Assembly (NCBI GenBank): GCA_964016885.1
Contig: CAXHJY010000105.1
Location: 248,001-312,000, forward strand
Source of the DNA: Eledone cirrhosa
Taxonomy: Eukaryota
Length of the DNA stretch: 64,000 nucleotides
Direction of reading: 5' to 3'
A model generated the notes under the pieces. That model saw only the letters and a list, made by a program, of their open reading frames with translations. It did no database searches and was not told where the DNA came from. Below, in pieces: positions 51,200-63,100 of the stretch. Numbering within the stretch: the first letter of the stretch is position 1; every line of letters begins with the position of its first letter. Both the position numbers and the translations under genes were made by a program.

Positions 51200-54100
51200 T
51201 ATGTAAGAGAGAGAGGGGAAATGTGTGTGAGAGAGAATGTGTGTATGTAAGAGAGAGAGGCAATGTGTGTGAGAGAGAATGTGTGTATGTAAGAGAGAGA
51301 GGCAATGTGTGTGAGAGAGAATGTGTGTATGTAAGAGAGGGAGGCAATGTGTGTGAGAGAGAATGTGTGTATGTAAAAGAGAGAGGCAATGTGTGTGAGA
51401 GAGAATGTGTGTATGTAAGAGAGGGAGGCAATGTGTGTGAGAGAGAATGTGTGTATGTAAGAGGGAGGCAATGTGTGTGAGAGAGAATGTGTGTATGTAA
51501 GAGAGGGAGGCAATGTGTGTGAGAGAGAATGTGTGTATGTAAGAGAGGGAGGCAATGTGTGTGAGAGAGAATGTGTGTATGTAAGAGAGAGAGGCAATGT
51601 GTGTGAGAGAGATAGTGTGTATGTAAGAGAGGGAGGCAATGTGTGTGAGAGAGAATGTGTGTATGTAAGAGAGGGAGGCAATGTGTGTGAGAGAGATAGT
51701 GTGTATGTAAGAGGGAGGCAATGTGTGTGAGAGAGAATGTGTGTATGTAAGAGAGGGAGGGGAAATGTGTGTGAGAGATAATGTGTGTATGTAAGAGAGG
51801 GAGGCAATGTGTGTGAGAGAGAATGTGTGTATGTATGAGAGAGGGGCAATGTGTGTGAGAGAGCGAGGCAATGTGTGTGTGAGAGAATGTGTGTATGTAA
51901 GAGAGAGGGGCAATGTGTGTGAGAGAGGGAGGCAATGTGTGTGAGAGATAATGTGTGTATGTAAGAGAGGGAGGCAATGTGTGTGAGAGAGATAGTGTGT
52001 ATGTAAGAGAGAGAGGGGAAATGTGTGTGAGAGAGAATGTGTGTATGTAAGAGAGAGAGGCAATGTGTGTGAGAGAGAATGTGTGTATGTAAGAGAGGGA
52101 GGCAATGTGTGTGAGAGAGAATGTGTGTATGTAAGAGAGGGAGGCAATGTGTGTGAGAGAGAATGTGTGTATGTAAGAGAGGGAGGCAATGTGTGTGAGA
52201 GAGAATGTGTGTATGTAAGAGAGGGAGGCAATGTGTGTGAGAGAGAATGTGTGTATGTAAGAGAGGGAGAGGAAATGTGTGTGAGAGAGAATGTGTGTAT
52301 GTAAGAGAGAGAGGGGAAATGTGTGTGAGAGAGAATGTGTGTATGTAAGAGAGAGAGGCAATGTGTGTGAGAGAGAATGTGTGTATGTAAGAGAGAGGGG
52401 CAATGTGTGTGGGAGAGAATGTGTGTATGTAAGAGAGAGAGGCAATGTGTGTGAGAGAGAATGTGTGTATGTAAGAGAGGGAGGCAATGTGTGTGAGAGA
52501 GAATGTGTGTATGTAAGAGAGAGAGGCAATGTGTGTGAGAGAGAATGTGTGTATGTAAGAGAGAGAAGCAATGTGTGTGAGAGAGAATGTGTGTATGTAA
52601 GAGAGAGAGGCAATGTGTGTGAGAGAGAATGTGTGTATGTAAGAGAGGGAGACAATGTGTGTGAGAGAGAATTTGTGTATGTAAGAGGGAGGCAATGTGT
52701 GTGAGAGAGAATGTGTGTATGTAAGAGAGGGAGGCAATGTGTGTGAGAGAGAATGTGTGTATGTAAGAGAGGGAGGCAATGTGTGTGAGAGAGAATGTGT
52801 GTATGTAAGAGAGAGAGGCAATGTGTGTGAGAGAGATAGTGTGTATGTAAGAGAGGGAGGCAATGTGTGTGAGAGAGAATGTGTGTATGTAAGAGAGGGA
52901 GGCAATGTGTGTGAGAGAGAATGTGTGTATGTAAGAGAGGGAGGCAATGTGTGTGAGAGAGAATGTGTGTATGTAAGAGAGGGAGGCAATGTGTGTGTGA
53001 GAGAATGTGTGTATGTAAGAGAGAGAGGCAATGTGTGTGAGAGATAATGTGTGTATGTAAGAGAGGGAGGCAATGTGTGTGTGAGATAATGTGTGTATGT
53101 AAGAGAGAGAGAGAGGCAATGTGTGTGTGAGATAATGTGTGTATGTAAGAGAGAGAGAGGAAATGTGTGTGTGAGATAATGTGTGTATGTAAGAGAGAGA
53201 GGCAATGTGTGTGAGAGAAAACGTGTGTATGTAAGAGAGAGAGGGGAAGTGTGTGTGAGAGAGAATGTGTGTATGTAAGAGAGAGAGGCAATGTGTGTGA
53301 GAGAGAATGTGTGTATGTAAGAGAGAGGGGGAAATGTGTGTGAGAGAGAATGTGTGTATGTAAGAGAGAGAGGGGAAATGTGTGTGTGAGATAATGTGTG
53401 TATGTAAGAGAGAGAGGGGAAATGTGTGTGAGAGAGAATGTGTGTATGTAAGAGAGAGAGGGGAAATGTGTGTGTGAGATAATGTGTGTATGTAAGAGAG
53501 AGAAGGGAAATGTGTGTGTGAGATAATGTGTGTATGTAATAGAGGGAGGCAATGTGTGTGAGAGAGAATGTGAGTATGTAAGAGAGAGAGGCAATGTGTG
53601 TGAGAGAGAATGTGTGTATGTAAGAGAGAGAGGCAATGTGTGTGAGAGAGAATGTGTGTATGTAAGAGAGAGGGGCAATGTGTGTGAGAGAGAATGTGTG
53701 TATGTAAGAGAGAGAGGCAATGTGTGTGAGAGAGAATGTGTGTATGTAAGTGAGGGAGGCAATGTGTGTGAGAGAGAATGTGTGTATGTAAGAAAGAGAG
53801 GCAATGTGTGTGAGAGAGAATGTGTGTATGTAAGAGAGAGAGGCAATGTGTGTGAGAGAGAATGTGTGTATGTAAGAGAGAGAGGCAATGTGTGTGAGAG
53901 AGAATGTGTGTATGTAAGAGAGGGAGGCAATGTGTGTGAGAGAGAATGTGTGTATGTAAGAGAGGGAGGCAATGTGTGTGAGAGAGAATGTGTGTATGTA
54001 AGAGAGGGAGGCAATGTGTGTGAGAGAGAATGTGTGTATGTAAGAGAGGGAGGCAATGTGTGTGAGAGAGATAGTGTGTATGTTAGAGAGTGAGGCAATG

Positions 54101-57100
54101 TGTGTGAGAGAGAATGTGTGTATGTAAGAGAGGGAGGGGAAATGTGTGTGAGAGAGAATGTGTGTATGTAAGAGAGAGAGGGGAAATGTGTGTGAGAGAG
54201 AATGTGTGTATGTAAGAGAGAGAGGCAATGTGTGTGAGAGAGAATGTGTGTATGTAAGAGAGAGGGGCAATGTGTGTGGGAGAGAATGTGTGTATGTAAG
54301 AGAGAGAGGCAATGTGTGTGAGAGAGAATGTGTGTATGTAAGAGAGGGAGGCAATGTGTGTGAGAGAGAATGTGAGTATGTAAGAGAGAGAGGCAATGTG
54401 TGTGAGAGAGAATGTGTGTATGTAAGAGAGAGAAGCAATGTGTGTGAGAGAGAATGTGTGTATGTAAGAGAGAGAGGCAATGTGTGTGAGAGAGAATGTG
54501 TGTATGTAAGAGAGGGAGGCAATGTGTGTGAGAGAGAATGTGTGTATGTAAGAGGGAGGCAATGTGTGTGAGAGAGAATGTGTGTATGTAAGAGAGGGAG
54601 GCAATGTGTGTGAGAGAGAATGTGTGTATGTAAGAGAGGGAGGCAATGTGTGTGAGAGAGAATGTGTGTATGTAAGAGAGAGAGGCAATGTGTGTGAGAG
54701 AGATAGTGTGTATGTAAGAGAGGGAGGCAATGTGTGTGAGAGAGAATGTGTGTATGTAAGAGAGGGAGGCAATGTGTGTGAGAGAGAATGTGTGTATGTA
54801 AGAGAGGGAGGCAATGTGTGTGAGAGAGAATGTGTGTATGTAAGAGAGGGAGGCAATGTGTGTGTGAGAGAATGTGTGTATGTAAGAGAGAGAGGCAATG
54901 TGTGTGAGAGAGAATGTGTGTATGTAAGAGAGGGAGGCAATGTGTGTGAGAGAGAATGTGTGTATGTAAGAGAGAGAGGCCATGTGTGTGAGAGAGATAG
55001 TGTGTATGTAAGAGAGGGAGGCAATGTGTGTGAGAGAGAATGTGTGTATGTAAGAGAGGGAGGCAATGTGTGTGAGAGAGAATGTGTGTATGTAAGAGAG
55101 GGAGGCAATGTGTGTGAGAGAGAATGTGTGTATGTAAGAGAGGGAGGCAATGTGTGTTAGAGAGAATGTGTGTATGTAAGAGAGAGAGGCAATGTGTGTG
55201 AGAGAGATAGTGTGTATGTAAGAGAGGGAGGCAATGTGTGTGAGAGAGAATGTGTGTATGTAAGAGAGAGAGGCAATGTGTGTGAGAGAGAATGTGTGTA
55301 TGTAAGAGAGGGAGGCAATGTGTGTGAGAGAGAATGTGTGTATGTAAGTGGGAGGCAATGTGTGTTAGAGAGAATGTGTGTATGTAAGAGAGGGAGGCAA
55401 TGTGTGTGAGAGAGAATGTGTGTATGTAAGAGAGGGAGGCAATGTGTGTGAGAGAGAATGTGTGTATGTAAGAGAGAGAGGCAATGTGTGTGAGAGAGAT
55501 AGTGTGTATGTAAGAGAGGGAGGCAATGTGTGTGAGAGAGAATGTGTGTATGTAAGAGAGGGAGGCAATGTGTGTGAGAGAGATAGTGTGTATGTAAGAG
55601 GGAGGCAATGTGTGTGAGAGAGAATGTGTGTATGTAAGAGAGGGAGGGGAAATGTGTGTGAGAGATAATGTGTGTATGTAAGAGAGGGAGGCAATGTGTG
55701 TGAGAGAGAATGTGTTTATGTAAGAGAGGGAGGCAATGTGTGTGAGAGAGAATGTGTGTATGTAAGAGAGGGAGGCAATGTGTGTGTGAGAGAATGTGTG
55801 TATGTAAGAGAGAGAGGGGAAATGTGTGTAAGAGAGGGAGGCAATGTGTGTGTGAGAGAATGTGTGTATGTAAGAGAGAGGGGCAATGTGTGTGAGAGAG
55901 GTAGGCAATGTGTGTGTGAGAGAATGTGTGTATGTAAGAGAGAGGGGCAATGTGTGTGAGAGAGGGAGGCAATGTGTGTGAGAGATAATGTGTGTATGTA
56001 AGAGAGGGAGGCAATGTGTGTGAGAGAGAATGTGTGTATGTAAGAGAGGGAGGCAATGTGTGTGAGAGAGTATGTGTGTATGTAAGAGAGAGAGGCAATG
56101 TGTGTGAGAGAGATAGTGTGTATGTAAGAGAGGGAGGCAATGTGTGTGAGAGAGAATGTGTGTATGTAAGAGAGGGAGGCAATGTGTGTGTTAGAGAATG
56201 TGTGTATGTAAGAGAGAGAGGCAATGTGTGTGAGAGAGAATGTGTGTATGTAAGAAAGGGAGGCAATGTGTGTGAGAGAGAATGTGTGTATGTAAGAGGG
56301 AGGCAATGTGTGTGAGAGAGAATGTGTGTATGTAAGAGAGGGAGGCAATGTGTGTGAGAGAGAATGTGTGTATGTAAGAGAGGGAGGCAATGTGTGTGAG
56401 AGAGAATGTGTGTATGTAAGAGAGAGAGGGGAAATGTGTGTGAGAGAGAATGTGTGTATGTAAGAGAGAGAGGGGAAATGTGTGTGAGAGAGAATGTGTG
56501 TATGTAAGAGAGAGAGGCAATGTGTGTGAGAGAGAATGTGTGTATGTAAGAGAGAGGGGCAATGTGTGTGGGAGAGAATGTGTGTATGTAAGAGAGAGAG
56601 GCAATGTGTGTGAGAGAGAATGTGTGTATGTAAGAGAGGGAGGCAATGTGTGTGAGAGAGAATGTGAGTATGTAAGAGAGAGAGGCAATGTGTGTGAGAG
56701 AGAATGTGTGTATGTAAGAGAGAGAAGCAATGTGTGTGAGAGAGAATGTGTGTATGTAAGAGAGAGAGGCAATGTGTGTGAGAGAGAATGTGTGTATGTA
56801 AGAGAGGGAGGCAATGTGTGTGAGAGAGAATGTGTGTATGTAAGAGAGAGAGGCAATGTGTGTGAGAGAGATAGTGTGTATGTAAGAGAGGGAGGCAATG
56901 TGTGTGAGAGAGAATGTGTGTATGTAAGAGAGGGAGGCAATGTGTGTGAGAGAGAATGTGTGTATGTAAGAGAGGGAGGCAATGTGTGTGAGAGAGAATG
57001 TGTGTATGTAAGAGAGGGAGGCAATGTGTGTGTGAGAGAATGTGTGTATGTAAGAGAGAGAGGCAATGTGTGTGAGAGAGAATGTGTGTATGTAAGAGAG

Positions 57101-60100
57101 GGAGGCAATGTGTGTGAGAGAGATAGTGTGTATGTAAGAGAGGGAGGCAATGTGTGTGAGAGAGAATGTGTGTATGTAAGAGAGGGAGGCAATGTGTGTG
57201 AGAGAGAATGTGTGTATGTAAGAGAGGGAGGCAATGTGTGTTAGAGAGAATGTGTGTATGTAAGAGAGAGAGGCAATGTGTGTGAGAGAGATAGTGTGTA
57301 TGTAAGAGAGGGAGGCAATGTGTGTGAGAGAGAATGTGTGTATGTAAGAGAGGGAGGCAATGTGTGTGAGAGAGAATGTGTGTATGTAAGAGGGAGGCAA
57401 TGTGTGTTAGAGAGAATGTGTGTATGTAAGAGAGGGAGGCAATGTGTGTGAGAGAGAATGTGTGTATGTAAGAGAGGGAGGCAATGTGTGTGAGAGAGAA
57501 TGTGTGTATGTAAGAGAGAGAGGCAATGTGTGTGAGAGAGATAGTGTGTATGTAAGAGAGGGAGGCAATGTGTGTGAGAGAGAATGTGTGTATGTAAGAG
57601 AGGGAGGCAATGTGTGTGAGAGAGATAGTGTGTATGTAAGAGGGAGGCAATGTGTGTGAGAGAGAATGTGTGTATGTAAGAGAGGGAGGGGAAATGTGTG
57701 TGAGAGAGAATGTGTGTATGTAAGAGAGGGAGGCAATGTGTGTGTGAGAGAATGTGTGTATGTAAGAGAGAGGGGCAATGTGTGTGAGAGAGGTAGGCAA
57801 TGTGTGTGTGAGAGAATGTGTGTATGTAAGAGAGAGGGGCAATTTGTGTGAGAGAGGGAGGCAATGTGTGTGAGAGATAATGTGTGTATGTAAGAGAGGG
57901 AGGCAATGTGTGTGAGAGAGAATGTGTGTATGTAAGAGAGGGAGGCAATGTGTGTGAGAGAGTATGTGTGTATGTAAGAGAGAGAGGCAATGTGTGTGAG
58001 AGAGATAGTGTGTATGTAAGAGAGGGAGGCAATGTGTGTGAGAGAGAATGTGTGTATGTAAGAGAGGGAGGCAATGTGTGTGAGAGAGAATGTGTGTATG
58101 TAAGAGAGGGAGGCAATGTGTGTGAGAGAGAATGTGTGTATGTAAGAGAGAGAGGCAATGTGTGTGAGAGAGATAGTGTGTATGTAAGAGAGGGAGGCAA
58201 TGTGTGTGAGAGAGAATGTGTGTATGTAAGAGAGGGAGGCAATGTGTGTGAGAGAGATAGTGTGTATGTAAGAGGGAGGCAATGTGTGTGAGAGAGAATG
58301 TGTGTATGTAAGAGAGGGAGGCAATGTGTGTGTGAGAGAATGTGTGTATGTAAGAGAGAGGGGCAATGTGTGTGAGAGAGGTAGGCAATGTGTGTGTGAG
58401 AGAATGTGTGTATGTAAGAGAGAGGGGCAATGTGTGTGAGAGAGGGAGGCAATGTGTGTGAGAGATAATGTGTGTATGTAAGAGAGGGAGTCAATGTGTG
58501 TGTGAGAGAATGTGTGTATGTAAGAGAGGGAGGCAATGTGTGTGAGAGAGAATGTGTGTATGTAAGAGAGGGAGGCAATGTGTGTGAGAGAGAATGTGTG
58601 TATGTAAGAGAGAGAGGCAATGTGTGTGAGAGAGAATGTGTGTATGTAAGAGAGGGAGGCAATGTGTGTGAGAGAGAATGTGTGTATGTAAGAGGGAGGC
58701 AATGTGTGTGAGAGAGAATGTGTGTACGTAAGTGAGGGAGGCAATGTGTGTGAGAGAGAATGTGTGTATGTAAGAGAGGGAGGCAATGTGTGTGAGAGAG
58801 AATGTGTGTATGTAAGAGAGAGAGGCAATGTGTGTGAGAGAGATAGTGTGTATGTAAGAGAGGGAGGCAATGTGTGTGAGAGAGAATGTGTGTATGTAAG
58901 AGAGGGAGGCAATGTGTGTGAGAGAGATAGTGTGTATGTAAGAGGGAGGCAATGTGTGTGAGAGAGAATGTGTGTATGTAAGAGAGGGAGGGGAAATGTG
59001 TGTGAGAGATAATGTGTGTATGTAAGAGAGGGAGGCAATGTGTGTGAGAGAGAATGTGTGTATGTAAGAGAGGGAGGCAATGTGTGTGAGAGAGAATGTG
59101 TGTATGTAAGAGAGGGAGGCAATGTGTGTGTGAGAGAATGTGTGTATGTAAGAGAGAGAGGGGAAATGTGTGTAAGAGAGGGAGGCAATGTGTGTGTGAG
59201 AGAATGTGTGTATGTAAGAGAGAGGGGCAATGTGTGTGAGAGAGGTAGGCAATGTGTGTGTGAGAGAATGTGTGTATGTAAGAGAGAGGGGCAATGTGTG
59301 TGAGAGAGGGAGGCAATGTGTGTGAGAGATAATGTGTGTATGTAAGAGAGGGAGTCAATGTGTGTGTGAGAGAATGTGTGTATGTAAGAGAGGGAGGCAA
59401 TGTGTGTGAGAGAGAATGTGTGTATGTAAGAGAGGGAGGCAATGTGTGTGAGAGAGAATGTGTGTATGTAAGAGAGAGAGGCAATGTGTGTGAGAGAGAA
59501 TGTGTGTATGTAAGAGAGGGAGGCAATGTGTGTGAGAGAGAATGTGTGTATGTAAGAGGGAGGCAATGTGTGTGAGAGAGAATGTGTGTATGTAAGAGAG
59601 GGAGGCAATGTGTGTGAGAGAGAATGTGTGTATGTAAGAGAGGGAGGCAATGTGTGTGAGAGAGAATGTGTGTATGTAAGAGAGAGAGGCAATGTGTGTG
59701 AGAGAGATAGTGTGTATGTAAGAGAGGGAGGCAATGTGTGTGAGAGAGAATGTGTGTATGTAAGAGAGGGAGGCAATGTGTGTGAGAGAGATAGTGTGTA
59801 TGTAAGAGGGAGGCAATGTGTGTGAGAGAGAATGTGTGTATGTAAGAGAGGGAGGGGAAATGTGTGTGAGAGATAATGTGTGTATGTAAGAGAGGGAGGC
59901 AATGTGTGTGAGAGAGAATGTGTGTATGTATGAGAGAGGGGCAATGTGTGTGAGAGAGCGAGGCAATGTGTGTGTGAGAGAATGTGTGTATGTAAGAGAG
60001 AGGGGCAATGTGTGTGAGAGAGGGAGGCAATGTGTGTGAGAGATAATGTGTGTATGTAAGAGAGGGAGGCAATGTGTGTGTGAGAGAATGTGTGTATGTA

Positions 60101-63100
60101 AGAGAGGGAGGCAATGTGTGTGAGAGAGAATGTGTGTATGTAAGAGAGGGAGGCAATGTGTGTGAGAGATAATGTGTGTATGTAAGAGAGGGAGGCAATG
60201 TGTGTGAGAGATAATGTGTGTATGTAAGAGAGGGAGGCAATGTGTGTGAGAGAGATAGTGTGTATGTAAGAGAGAGAGGGGAAATGTGTGTGAGAGAGAA
60301 TGTGTGTATGTAAGAGAGAGAGGCAATGTGTGTGAGAGAGAATGTGTGTATGTAAGAGAGAGGGGCAATGTGTGTGGGAGAGAATGTGTGTATGTAAGAG
60401 AGAGAGGCAATGTGTGTGAGAGAGAATGTGTGTATGTAAGAGAGGGAGGCAATGTGTGTGAGAGAGAATGTGTGTATGTAAGAGAGAGAGGCAATGTGTG
60501 TGAGAGAGAATGTGTGTATGTAAGAGAGAGAAGCAATGTGTGTGAGAGAGAATGTGTGTATGTAAGAGAGAGAGGCAATGTGTGTGAGAGAGAATGTGTG
60601 TATGTAAGAGAGGGAGGCAATGTGTGTGAGAGAGAATGTGTGTATGTAAGAGGGAGGCAATGTGTGTGAGAGAGAATGTGTGTATGTAAGAGAGGGAGGC
60701 AATGTGTGTGAGAGAGAATGTGTGTATGTAAGAGAGGGAGGCAATGTGTGTGAGAGAGAATGTGTGTATGTAAGAGAGAGAGGGGAAATGTGTGTGAGAG
60801 AGAATGTGTGTATGTAAGAGAGAGAGGGGAAATGTGTGTGAGAGAGAATGTGTGTATGTAAGAGAGAGAGGCAATGTGTGTGAGAGAGAATGTGTGTATG
60901 TAAGAGAGAGGGGCAATGTGTGTGGGAGAGAATGTGTGTATGTAAGAGAGAGAGGCAATGTGTGTGAGAGAGAATGTGTGTATGTAAGAGAGGGAGGCAA
61001 TGTGTGTGAGAGAGAATGTGAGTATGTAAGAGAGAGAGGCAATGTGTGTGAGAGAGAATGTGTGTATGTAAGAGAGAGAAGCAATGTGTGTGAGAGAGAA
61101 TGTGTGTATGTAAGAGAGAGAGGCAATGTGTGTGAGAGAGAATGTGTGTATGTAAGAGAGGGAGGCAATGTGTGTGAGAGAGAATGTGTGTATGTAAGAG
61201 GGAGGCAATGTGTGTGAGAGAGAATGTGTGTATGTAAGAGAGGGAGGCAATGTGTGTGAGAGAGAATGTGTGTATGTAAGAGAGGGAGGCAATGTGTGTG
61301 AGAGAGAATGTGTGTATGTAAGAGAGAGAGGCAATGTGTGTGAGAGAGATAGTGTGTATGTAAGAGAGGGAGGCAATGTGTGTGAGAGAGAATGTGTGTA
61401 TGTAAGAGAGGGAGGCAATGTGTGTGAGAGAGAATGTGTGTATGTAAGAGAGGGAGGCAATGTGTGTGTGAGAGAATGTGTGTATGTAAGAGAGAGAGGC
61501 AATGTGTGTGAGAGAGAATGTGTGTATGTAAGAGAGGGAGGCAATGTGTGTGAGAGAGATAGTGTGTATGTAAGAGAGGGAGGCAATGTGTGTGAGAGAG
61601 AATGTGTGTATGTAAGAGAGGGAGGCAATGTGTGTGAGAGAGAATGTGTGTATGTAAGAGAGGGAGGCAATGTGTGTTAGAGAGAATGTGTGTATGTAAG
61701 AGAGAGAGGCAATGTGTGTGAGAGAGATAGTGTGTATGTAAGAGAGGGAGGCAATGTGTGTGAGAGAGAATGTGTGTATGTAAGAGAGGGAGGCAATGTG
61801 TGTGAGAGAGAATGTGTGTATGTAAGAGAGAGAGGCAATGTGTGTGAGAGAGAATGTGTGTATGTAAGAGAGGGAGGCAATGTGTGTGAGAGAGAATGTG
61901 TGTATGTAAGAGGGAGGCAATGTGTGTTAGAGAGAATGTGTGTATGTAAGAGAGGGAGGCAATGTGTGTGAGAGAGAATGTGTGTATGTAAGAGAGGGAG
62001 GCAATGTGTGTGAGAGAGAATGTGTGTATGTAAGAGAGAGAGGCAATGTGTGTCAGAGAGATAGTGTGTATGTAAGAGAGGGAGGCAATGTGTGTGAGAG
62101 AGAATGTGTGTATGTAAGAGAGGGAGGCAATGTGTGTGAGAGAGATAGTGTGTATGTAAGAGGGAGGCAATGTGTGTGAGAGAGAATGTGTGTATGTAAG
62201 AGAGGGAGGGGAAATGTGTGTGAGAGAGAATGTGTGTATGTAAGAGAGGGAGGCAATGTGTGTGTGAGAGAATGTGTGTATGTAAGAGAGAGGGGCAATG
62301 TGTGTGAGAGAGGTAGGCAATGTGTGTGTGAGAGAATGTGTGTATGTAAGAGAGAGGGGCAATGTGTGTGAGAGAGGGAGGCAATGTGTGTGAGAGATAA
62401 TGTGTGTATGTAAGAGAGGGAGGCAATGTGTGTGAGAGAGAATGTGTGTATGTAAGAGAGGGAGGCAATGTGTGTGAGAGAGTATGTGTGTATGTAAGAG
62501 AGAGAGGCAATGTGTGTGAGAGAGATAGTGTGTATGTAAGAGAGGGAGGCAATGTGTGTGAGAGAGAATGTGTGTATGTAAGAGAGGGAGGCAATGTGTG
62601 TGAGAGAGAATGTGTGTATGTAAGAGAGGGAGGCAATGTGTGTGAGAGAGAATGTGTGTATGTAAGAGAGAGAGGCAATGTGTGTGAGAGAGATAGTGTG
62701 TATGTAAGAGAGGGAGGCAATGTGTGTGAGAGAGAATGTGTGTATGTAAGAGAGGGAGGCAATGTGTGTGAGAGAGATAGTGTGTATGTAAGAGGGAGGC
62801 AATGTGTGTGAGAGAGAATGTGTGTATGTAAGAGAGGGAGGCAATGTGTGTGTGAGAGAATGTGTGTATGTAAGAGAGAGGGGCAATGTGTGTGAGAGAG
62901 GTAGGCAATGTGTGTGTGAGAGAATGTGTGTATGTAAGAGAGAGGGGCAATGTGTGTGAGAGAGGGAGGCAATGTGTGTGAGAGATAATGTGTGTATGTA
63001 AGAGAGGGAGTCAATGTGTGTGTGAGAGAATGTGTGTATGTAAGAGAGGGAGGCAATGTGTGTGAGAGAGAATGTGTGTATGTAAGAGAGGGAGGCAATG

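Larger units (their letters stand above)
1..51200 (+). repeat. Satellite domain 1: mixed 44-bp (GGGGAA) and 42-bp (GGCAA) monomers with mosaic higher-order blocks
   Basis: GGGGAAATG junctions are frequent and interspersed with GGCAATG junctions. The variants GTTCGT, GAGAAAACGT, GAGCGG, GAGTGATAAT and GGAGAAA recur. The right boundary is approximate. Confidence 0.85.

Noticed and set aside
1-51200. G-quadruplex array from the GGGG runs
   Set aside because: The G-runs are about 40 nt apart, much longer than canonical G4 loops, so stable intramolecular G4 is not supported by the sequence alone.
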